DNA of 64,000 nucleotides. Source: Alphaproteobacteria bacterium. GTDB lineage: Bacteria; Pseudomonadota; Alphaproteobacteria; GCA-2731375. The first letter of the stretch is position 1. Each line of letters begins with the position of its first letter. The position numbers and the translations under genes were made by a program. The DNA lies in the NCBI GenBank assembly GCA_965232515.1, contig CBDDPY010000002.1:4832001-4896000 (forward strand), read 5' to 3'. Below the pieces are notes generated by a model, which was not told the origin of the DNA, searched no databases, and was given only the letters and a program-made list of their open reading frames with translations. This document shows, in pieces, positions 11,929-20,492 of this stretch.

Positions 11929-12324
11929 ATGGCAGATGACGATCTGATACCGCCCAGTCTCGATGATATGGAGACCATGGCGCGCCGCGCCTACGATTCC
12001 ATACCGGCGCATCTGCGCCAGCACGCCAAGGACGTCGTCGTGCGTGTCGTCGAGTTCCCTGACGACGAAACGCTCGACGGTCTGGGCCTCGATACGCCGT
12101 TCGATCTGCTGGGGCTGTATCGGGGGGTCAGCCTGGACAAGAAAGAAGGCGCGCTGATCGACGACGTCGACATGGTGTTCCTCTACCGCCGGCCGATCCT
12201 GGACTACTGGTGCGAAACCGGCGAACCGCTGGCGCGCATTGTCACGCATGTCCTGATCCACGAGATCGGCCACCACTTCGGTTTTTCCGACGCCGACATG
12301 GAAGCGATCGAGGCAGGCCTCTAG
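11929..12324 (+). CDS. Minimal zincin metallopeptidase family protein
   Basis: LLGLYRG, LYRRPI, HEIGHHFG. Confidence 0.88.
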   Translation: MADDDLIPPSLDDMETMARRAYDSIPAHLRQHAKDVVVRVVEFPDDETLDGLGLDTPFDLLGLYRGVSLDKKEGALIDDVDMVFLYRRPILDYWCETGEPLARIVTHVLIHEIGHHFGFSDADMEAIEAGL

Positions 12325-12377
12325 TATCGAGGCCGGCCTCAAATATTGAATCTCTGGTTTTTCGGGGGACGTCATTC

Positions 12378-14831
12378 ATGCCGGTCAAGGGACTGAAGCC
12401 AGCCGCGCTCTACCGTCGTTGTCCGACCTCGTCGTTCGGCTTTCGCAGCACGGCCGAGCTCGCGGACCTGGACGGCGTGCTGGGCCAGGACCGGGCTGTC
12501 GAGGCGCTGACCTTCGGCATCGGCATCCGGCGCGACGGCTACAATCTGTTCGTGCTGGGACCGCCGGGGACCGGCCGGCATTCGATGGTGCGGGACTATC
12601 TGCAGCGTCGGGCGGCGAGAGAGCCGACGCCCGACGAATGGGTCTATGTGAACAACTTCGCGCAGCCGCACCGGCCGAACGCGTTGTCCCTGCCGCCCGG
12701 CCGCGCCGCCGGCCTGAAGCGCGATATGGAGCGGCTGGTCGAGGATCTGCAGGCGGCGATCCCGGCCTTGTTTGAGAGCGACGAGTTCCGCACCCGGCTG
12801 CAGGCGATCGAGGAGGAGTTCAAGGAGGCCCAGGAGGCGGCCTTCAAGAACGTCCAGGTGGACGCTAACAAGCGCAATCTCGCCTTGGTCCGCACGCCGA
12901 TGGGGTTCGCCTTGGCGCCGATGCGCGGCAGCGAGGTGATGCCCCCGGACGAGTTCAACAAGCTGCCGGAGGCGGTGCGCAAGAAGATCGAGCAGGATAT
13001 CGAGGAGTTGCAGGTCGAGTTGCAGGCGGTGGTCCGCCAGATCCCGGACTGGGAGCGTGATCGCCGCGCCAGGATTCGCGAGCTGACGCGTGAAATGACG
13101 CGCCTCGCCGTTGCCGGCCAGATCGCCGAGCTGAAGCGCACCTATGACGGCTTCGACCAGATCATCGCCTATTTCGACGCGGTCGAGCACGACATCGCCG
13201 AGAGCGTCGATGCCTTCATGCCGCAGGAGCAGCAGCCGCAACAGCAGATGGCGCCGGGACAGGGGGCGGCGCGCGCGGCCGCCGCCTTGCGCCGCTACCA
13301 GGTGACCCTGATGCTGGACGGCGCGCGGCCGGCCGGCGCGCCGGTTATCTCCGAGGAACTGCCGACCCAGCCGAACCTGGTCGGCCGGGTCGAGCACCAG
13401 GCGGAGATGGGCGCGCTGCTGACCGACTTCACCATGATCAAGCCGGGCGCGCTGCATCGCGCCAACGGCGGCTATCTGGTGCTCGACGCGCTGCGGTTGC
13501 TGCAACAGCCCTATGCCTGGGAATCGCTGAAGCGCGCGCTGCGTGGCGGGCACGTGAACATCGAGTCGCTGGGACAGATGCTCAGCATGATCAGCACCGT
13601 CTCGCTCGACCCCGAACCGATCCCGCTCGACGTCAAGGTCGTGCTGATCGGCGACCGGCGCCTGTACTACATGCTGTGCGCCGCTGACCCGGACTTTCCG
13701 AGCCTGTTCAAGGTGATGGTCGACTTCGAGGAGAACATCGACCTGACGGCGGAGACCGCGCAGGGATACGCGCGCCTGCTGGCGGGCGTCGCCCGGCGCG
13801 CTGAGTTGCGGCCGTTGGACCGTGGCGGCGTCGCCCGGGTCGTCGAGCATGCCGGCCGCATGGCCGGCGATGCGGAAAAGGTCTCGGTGCAGGTCGGGCA
13901 TCTGGCCGATCTGTTGCGCGAGGCCGACTACTTCGCCGGCAACGCGGGCCGTAAGCTGATTGGCCGCGACAATGTGCAGCAGGCCATCGACGCCGCCGTC
14001 TATCGCGCCAACCGCGCGGCCGAGCAGACCCGCGAGGCGATCACCCGCGACACCGTGCTGATCGACACCGACGGCGCCCAGGTGGCGCAGATCAATGGCC
14101 TGGCGGTCTACGGGCTGGGCAATTTCTCGTTCGGCCGGCCCAGCCGGATCACCGCCCGCGTGCGCATGGGCTCGGGCGAGGTGGTCGATATCGAGCGTCG
14201 GGTCGAGCTCGGCGGACCGCTGCATTCCAAGGGCGTGTTGATCCTGTCGGCGTTCCTCGGCGCCCGCTTCGCGGCCGACCACCCGTTGTCGCTGTCGGCG
14301 AGCCTGGTGTTCGAGCAGTCCTATGGCGGCGTTGACGGCGACAGCGCCTCGTCGGCCGAATGCTATGTTCTGATGTCGGCGCTGTCGGGCCTGCCGATCG
14401 AACAGGGGCTCGCCGTCACCGGCTCCGTCAACCAGCATGGCGAAGTGCAGGCGATCGGCGGCGTCAACGAGAAGATCGAGGGGTTTTTCGATATCTGCGC
14501 CGACCGTGGCCTGACCGGCCGGCAGGGTGTGCTGATCCCCGCCTCGAACGTCAAGCACCTGATGCTGCGCGGCGACGTGGTGGACGCGGTGCGCCGGGGC
14601 ATGTTCAATGTCTACGCCGTGACCACCATCGACGAAGGTATCGAATTGCTGACCGGCCGCCGCGCCGGCGCATTGCGCAAGGACGGCACCTATCCGCCGG
14701 ACAGCGTCAACCGGCTGGTGCAGGACCGCCTGCTCGAGTTGGCGGATAAACGTCGCAAGTTCGGCGCGCGGCGTCCGGACGAGGCGAACGACAAGGCCGA
14801 CACGAACAACGCCAAGGCGGCGGCGAAATGA
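12378..14831 (+). CDS. Lon-like (LonC/YcbZ-type) protease with AAA-like domain
   Basis: GQDRA, GPPGTGR, PGALHRANGGYL, FEQSYGGVDGDSAS (catalytic Ser), GGVNEKIEGF (catalytic Lys). Confidence 0.9.
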   Translation: MPVKGLKPAALYRRCPTSSFGFRSTAELADLDGVLGQDRAVEALTFGIGIRRDGYNLFVLGPPGTGRHSMVRDYLQRRAAREPTPDEWVYVNNFAQPHRPNALSLPPGRAAGLKRDMERLVEDLQAAIPALFESDEFRTRLQAIEEEFKEAQEAAFKNVQVDANKRNLALVRTPMGFALAPMRGSEVMPPDEFNKLPEAVRKKIEQDIEELQVELQAVVRQIPDWERDRRARIRELTREMTRLAVAGQIAELKRTYDGFDQIIAYFDAVEHDIAESVDAFMPQEQQPQQQMAPGQGAARAAAALRRYQVTLMLDGARPAGAPVISEELPTQPNLVGRVEHQAEMGALLTDFTMIKPGALHRANGGYLVLDALRLLQQPYAWESLKRALRGGHVNIESLGQMLSMISTVSLDPEPIPLDVKVVLIGDRRLYYMLCAADPDFPSLFKVMVDFEENIDLTAETAQGYARLLAGVARRAELRPLDRGGVARVVEHAGRMAGDAEKVSVQVGHLADLLREADYFAGNAGRKLIGRDNVQQAIDAAVYRANRAAEQTREAITRDTVLIDTDGAQVAQINGLAVYGLGNFSFGRPSRITARVRMGSGEVVDIERRVELGGPLHSKGVLILSAFLGARFAADHPLSLSASLVFEQSYGGVDGDSASSAECYVLMSALSGLPIEQGLAVTGSVNQHGEVQAIGGVNEKIEGFFDICADRGLTGRQGVLIPASNVKHLMLRGDVVDAVRRGMFNVYAVTTIDEGIELLTGRRAGALRKDGTYPPDSVNRLVQDRLLELADKRRKFGARRPDEANDKADTNNAKAAAK

Positions 14832-15580
14832 GCGCGCCCATGCGCACGTTGCGACGCATCCTGGTGGCGCTCGACGCCGGGCCGGACAGTCTGTCGCGGC
14901 TGGAGCAGGCGGCGATGCTGGCGGCCGACATGCAGATCGAGCTGGCCGGCCTGTTCGTCGAGGATGACGACCTGTTCCGTCTCTGCGGCCTGCCGGTGCG
15001 CGAGATCAGCCTCGGCAGCGGCGCTGTCCGCCAGCCGGATCGCGCCACCATGGAACGCGAATTGCGGATCCGCCAGGCCGAGGCCCGCCGGCGTCTGCAG
15101 GACGTCGCCGCGCGCCGCCAGGTGAGCTGGTCGTTCGAGGTTCGCCGTGGCCACGGCCGCGAGACGCTGCTTGGCGCGGCGGGCGATGCCGACGTGGTGG
15201 CGATGTCGCGGTCGGTTCTGACGGTCAGCCGCCGGTCGGCTCGGGTGGCCGCGCCGCCTCCGGTTGTTGCCATCTTCGAGGCCGGCGACGGGGCAGGCCA
15301 CGTTCTCGACCTCGCGGCCCGGACTGCGCGCCAGCAGGGGGCGCCGTTGCTGGTGCTGGTCTCTGCCGGACTGGCGGAGCAGGCCAAAGCCGCCCTGACG
15401 TCGACCGGCATTGCCGCTGGTCTGCGGACGATCGGCGCCGGCAAGACGGCGCTGCCGCGCGGTTTGCAGGACGTGCAACCCCGGCTGTTGGTGCTCGACG
15501 CTGGCGGCAAGGCCGCCGGCCGGCTCGATGAACTCCTGACCGCGGCCGACTGCGATGGGCTGCTGATCGGCGGCAGCTAG
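14828..15580 (+). CDS. Universal stress protein-like
   Basis: RRILVALDA, LAGLFVEDDDL; ATGA overlap with the protease gene. Confidence 0.72.
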   Translation: MSAPMRTLRRILVALDAGPDSLSRLEQAAMLAADMQIELAGLFVEDDDLFRLCGLPVREISLGSGAVRQPDRATMERELRIRQAEARRRLQDVAARRQVSWSFEVRRGHGRETLLGAAGDADVVAMSRSVLTVSRRSARVAAPPPVVAIFEAGDGAGHVLDLAARTARQQGAPLLVLVSAGLAEQAKAALTSTGIAAGLRTIGAGKTALPRGLQDVQPRLLVLDAGGKAAGRLDELLTAADCDGLLIGGS

Positions 15581-16293
15581 ATCTCGTTCAGCAGCTTTGT
15601 GACGTAAGCCGGCACCACCTCGCTGGCCGGCCCGTGGATGCGTTCGGCGAACAGCGAGGCGCCCTCCGACGGTTCAAGATTGAGCTCCACCGTATGTGCA
15701 CGGCCGGCGCGGCGCACGTCGGCGACGAAGCCGGCGGCCGGATAGACGTTGCCGGACGTGCCGATCGACAGGAACAGGTCACAGCGCGCCAGCGCCGCGT
15801 TGATATCGTCCATGCCCAGGGGCATCTCGTAGAACCAGACGACATGCGGCCGCAGCCGCCCGGTTTCACCGCAGGCACCGCAGGTGCTGCTTATCGTCAC
15901 GTCGCCGGTCTCGGCCCGGACCGTGCCGCAAGCCTCACAACGGATCTTCAGCAGCTCGCCATGCATGTGGATCAGGTTGCCGGTGCCGGCCCGCTCGTGC
16001 AGATCGTCGACATTCTGCGTTACCACCAGCACCTCGCCGGCATGTTGGCGTTCCAGTTCGGCCAACGCGACATGGGCCGGGTTCGGCTCGACCTGCCGCA
16101 GACCGGCGCGCAGTTTGTTGTGGAAATCCAGGACATAGTCCGGGTCGCGGGCATAGCCGTCCGGCGTCGCCACGTCCTCCAGGTTGACCTGGCTCCACAG
16201 GCCGCCCTCGTCGCGAAAGGTGTCGAGCCCCGACTCGGCCGAAATGCCGGCGCCGGTCAACACCACGATCCGTTCGAAACCCGTTGTGCGCAT
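15577..16293 (-). CDS. NAD-dependent protein deacylase (sirtuin, CobB/NpdA type)
   Basis: GAGISAESG, TQNVDDLHERAG, HMHG, two CxxC pairs, RPHVVWF. Confidence 0.95.
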   Translation of the reverse strand: MRTTGFERIVVLTGAGISAESGLDTFRDEGGLWSQVNLEDVATPDGYARDPDYVLDFHNKLRAGLRQVEPNPAHVALAELERQHAGEVLVVTQNVDDLHERAGTGNLIHMHGELLKIRCEACGTVRAETGDVTISSTCGACGETGRLRPHVVWFYEMPLGMDDINAALARCDLFLSIGTSGNVYPAAGFVADVRRAGRAHTVELNLEPSEGASLFAERIHGPASEVVPAYVTKLLNEI

Positions 16294-16441
16294 GGCCCGA
16301 CACCCTGCCGCATTCCCGCGACGACGGCAAATGTCGCGAACGGAACGAAGGTGCCGTTTTCAGCCTTGCCAGGTCCGGCCGGCAACGTGTACGCAGCGCC
16401 GGAACTGGCATTGGGCCAGCCGTTGTCCGGAGTGTCCGGCC

Positions 16442-17758
16442 ATGTGGCACGCGCTGCTGTCTGTCGCCTCGCTGATCCTCGGCGTCACCCTGATGCAGGT
16501 CGGCAACGGCCAGTTCGGCACCTTCCTCAGCGTGCGTATGCAGGCCGAGGGCTTCTCGTCGCTCACCATCGGCATCGTCGGCTCGGCCTATTTCGCCGGG
16601 TTTATTCTGGGCACGGTCTATTGCGACCGGCTGGTCGAGCGGGCCGGCCATATCCGGGCCTTCGCGGCGCTGGCGTCACTGATGTCGGCGGTGGCGCTGC
16701 TGCATGCGCTGATCATCGCGCCCTGGACCTGGACGCTGATGCGCCTCGTCACCGGCTGCTGCATCGCCGGCCTGTTCGTGATCACCGAGAGCTGGATCAA
16801 CGAGCGCGCGACCAACGAGATGCGCGGACAGATCTTCGCGATCTATATGATCGCCAGCTATCTGGCGCTGGGCGGCGGTCAGTTCCTGCTTGGCTTGGGC
16901 GAGACCGCCGGCTTACAGCAATTCCTGTTCGCCTCGCTGCTGTTTTCGCTGTCGCTGGTGCCGATCGCCCTGACCAAGGCCGCCTCGCCGGCGCCGGTCG
17001 AGCGGGCGCCGTTCAACTTCGTGCGGCTCTACCGGATCTCGCCGCTGGGCGTGATCGGCTGCCTCGCCTGCGGGCTGATCAACGGTTCGTTCTATCCGCT
17101 GGGCCCGGTCTTTGCCCGCGGCATCGGATTCGATGTCGATTTCGTCTCCTACTTCATGGGCATCACCATTCTCAGCGGCCTGCTGCTGCAATGGCCGATC
17201 GGCCGCTTGTCGGACCGGTTCGACCGTCGCAGCATTATGGTCGCGGTGCTGGCGGCGGTTGCCGCCGTAAGTTTCCTAATCGTCATGGCGGCAGGTGGCG
17301 ACGCCAGCGCGCTGTTGGCGTTCGGCGCGCTTTACGGCGGCTTCGTGTTCACGATCTATCCGTTGGCCGTGGCGCATGTGAACGACCATATCGAGCCGCA
17401 CGAACTGGTTCGGGTCAGCGCCGGCCTGATCCTGACCTACGGCATCGGCGCCGCGGCTGGCCCCCTGATCGCGTCGACCGTGATCGATACCGTCGGCCCG
17501 CAGGGCCTGTTCCTGTTCACCGGCGGCATGGCGAGCGTGGTGGCGCTGTTCGGCCTCTATCGCATGACCCGAAGCCAGGCCGTGCCGCTGGACGAGCAGG
17601 GGCCGTTCGTCACCATGAACCGGACCACCGCCGTGATCGGCGCGCTCGACCCGCGCGCCGAGCCGGAAGAGCAGTATGAAATGGCTTTCGACGCCGACCC
17701 GGCGGCTCTCGCCGGGGATGGGCAGGCAGATCCGATTTCGCCGGAAGCTCGTATTTAG
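16442..17758 (+). CDS. MFS transporter (YcaD-like)
   Basis: 12 TM; GHIRAFA, ESWIN, QWPIGRLSDRFDRR. Confidence 0.9.
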   Translation: MWHALLSVASLILGVTLMQVGNGQFGTFLSVRMQAEGFSSLTIGIVGSAYFAGFILGTVYCDRLVERAGHIRAFAALASLMSAVALLHALIIAPWTWTLMRLVTGCCIAGLFVITESWINERATNEMRGQIFAIYMIASYLALGGGQFLLGLGETAGLQQFLFASLLFSLSLVPIALTKAASPAPVERAPFNFVRLYRISPLGVIGCLACGLINGSFYPLGPVFARGIGFDVDFVSYFMGITILSGLLLQWPIGRLSDRFDRRSIMVAVLAAVAAVSFLIVMAAGGDASALLAFGALYGGFVFTIYPLAVAHVNDHIEPHELVRVSAGLILTYGIGAAAGPLIASTVIDTVGPQGLFLFTGGMASVVALFGLYRMTRSQAVPLDEQGPFVTMNRTTAVIGALDPRAEPEEQYEMAFDADPAALAGDGQADPISPEARI

Positions 17759-17824
17759 ATTGGCCGGTCGTTTTGCCGGTGTGGGTGGCATTCTCGTTTC
17801 GGAATTATCGGATACGATGGCGCG

Positions 17825-18262
17825 ATGCGGTCATTCCTCGCGATAGCGGTCGGCTTGATGCTGATCGGTTGCGCCGCCACGCCGGCGCCCACCGACGATC
17901 GGCCGCTCTACGACCGGCTGGGCGGCAAGGAAGGCGTCGACCTGATCGTCGACCGTTTCATCCTCAACGTGATGACCAACCCGGAATTGCGGCCGGCCTT
18001 CGCCGAAACGCCGATCTATGCGTTGCCCAACCTGAAGCGTCAGTTCGCCCAGCAGATCTGCGACATCTCCGACGGTCCCTGCGACTACAAGGGCCTGGAC
18101 ATGGTCGAGGCACACAAGGGCATGGATGTTACGCTCGCCCAGTTCAACGCCATGGGCCGGGAGATGCAGGCGGCCCTGCAGCGCTATCGCATCGAAGAAG
18201 GCGCCCAGCGCGAGCTGCTGACGCTGATGGGCCGGATGCAGGACGACATCGTCGGCAAATGA
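17825..18262 (+). CDS. Group 1 truncated hemoglobin, predicted lipoprotein
   Basis: LYDRLGG, GPCDYKG.DM.EAH.GM; lipobox LIGC. Confidence 0.87.
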   Translation: MRSFLAIAVGLMLIGCAATPAPTDDRPLYDRLGGKEGVDLIVDRFILNVMTNPELRPAFAETPIYALPNLKRQFAQQICDISDGPCDYKGLDMVEAHKGMDVTLAQFNAMGREMQAALQRYRIEEGAQRELLTLMGRMQDDIVGK

Positions 18263-18264
18263 GC

Positions 18265-18532
18265 TAGCTCGCATTTCTCAAACCCTGCATGGTCTGCGCG
18301 GCGCCGTGCTGTCGACAGGGCAGGAGCGCTGCGCGGCGCGATGTGGGGCATCGGGCAAGCAGCGCGACGCCCCCTGTCGACAGCACGGCGCCGCCCGAAG
18401 GGTCGCGCGCAGGCGCCCGCCCGCGGCGTCGCGGCCCTCAACCGTAGTCCCACTACGCTTTTCGGCCCGCTCCTGGCGGATCGGGCGCCTGTGCGCGACG
18501 CAGACCGTGCAGGGTTTGAGAAATGCGGGCTA
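18265..18532. mobile_element. 268-bp MITE-like structured element, copy 1
   Basis: 34-bp terminal inverted arms (2 mismatches), nested internal hairpins; near-identical to 37003-37270. Confidence 0.85.
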
Positions 18533-19078
18533 AACGCCGGCGGTTTCTCGCATCGGAAACTCGGCTTCCGGCCGATAGACCGCGCCGTCGCCGCCGAGAT
18601 GGCTGGAAAACAGCACGAATTCATCGACCCGGAACGGCAGGCTGACATAGCCGCCTTGATCGGCCAGAAACCGTTCGACGCGGCCGAGCGGCGCGTTCCG
18701 CAGACGCGCCAGCGTCACATGCGGGTGGAACTTGCGTCCCTCGGGCGGCAGACCGGCGCGGACCAGCGCGGTCTCGACGCGTTGCTGCAGGGCGCGCAAT
18801 TCGTCGTTGCCGTCGACGCCGGCCCACAGCACCCGCACCCGGCGGCGGTCGCCGAAATAACCGACCCCGCAGAGCCGGAGATCGAAGGCGGCGGCGTCGA
18901 TTTCCTGCAAGGACGCGGCAATGTCATGGAAAGCATGGCCGTCGGCCTCGCCGATGAACCTCAGGGTCAGATGCAGGCTTTCGGCCGGCAGCCAGCGGGC
19001 GCCCGGCACGCCGCCGCCAAGCAACGTCAGACGCTGACGCTCGGATTCCGGCAGCGGGACGGCCACGAACAGACGCAT
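18530..19078 (-). CDS. thpR: RNA 2',3'-cyclic phosphodiesterase
   Basis: MRLFVA, two 2H motifs HLTL and HVTL. Confidence 0.93.
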   Translation of the reverse strand: MRLFVAVPLPESERQRLTLLGGGVPGARWLPAESLHLTLRFIGEADGHAFHDIAASLQEIDAAAFDLRLCGVGYFGDRRRVRVLWAGVDGNDELRALQQRVETALVRAGLPPEGRKFHPHVTLARLRNAPLGRVERFLADQGGYVSLPFRVDEFVLFSSHLGGDGAVYRPEAEFPMRETAGV

Positions 19079-19110
19079 CTAATATTGCTCCGGCTGTCCC
19101 ATGACGGGCC

Positions 19111-19792
19111 TCACGACGACCGCGCCTGCTTGATGGCGGTCAGCAGCTCGATGACGTAAGGACCGATGCCGTTGACGATAATCTCAACCCCGGCGGCGTT
19201 GGGGTGAATGCCGTCGGCCTGATTCAGGTCCGGCCTGGCGGCGACGCCGTCCAGGAAAAACGGATACAGCATCACGTCGTGCTTCTCGGCCAGTTCCGGA
19301 AACAGGCCGTTGAAGTCGGCGCCGTAGTCGCCGCCCAGGTTCGGCGGCGCCAGCATGCCGGCCAGCAGGACCTTGATCTCACGCTGGCCCAGCTCGGTCA
19401 GGATGGCGTCCAGGTTGCGCCGGGTCTCGGCCGGGTCGATGCCGCGCAGGCCATCGTTCGCGCCGAGCTCGACAATCACCAGATCGGCCGGCTCCGCCAG
19501 CGTCCAGGCGAGACGGGCGCGGCCGCCCGCGGTGGTATCGCCGGACACGCCGGCATTCACGATCTTAACTGGATGGCCAGCAGCCTCGAGATAACGTTCG
19601 AGCTGGGCGGGAAAGGAATCGGGTTGCGGCAGCCCATAGCCCGCCGTCAGGCTGTCGCCGAAGGCGATGATCGTCTGCTCGGCCACGGCCGTCGCGGGCG
19701 TCCAGATCAGGCCGGCGCAGACCGCTAAGGCGTTGACAACGCGGCGGAACGCGCCATATGCGTCTCGGACCGGGGGCAGTGAGCATTTCCAC

Positions 19793-19794
<2 letters not shown>
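19111..19794 (-). CDS. tesA: Arylesterase/acyl-CoA thioesterase I (SGNH); true start uncertain
   Basis: FGDSLTAGYG, NAGVSGDTT, ELGAND, DGIHPN. Confidence 0.9.
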
Positions 19795-20482
<688 letters not shown>

Positions 20483-20492
20483 GCGCGCGCCT

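Noticed and set aside
15577-16293. Sirtuin as a Sir2/Thoeris-type defence NADase or part of the cob cluster
   Set aside because: Canonical Zn-binding CobB-type deacylase with no defence partners; 24 kb from the cob genes
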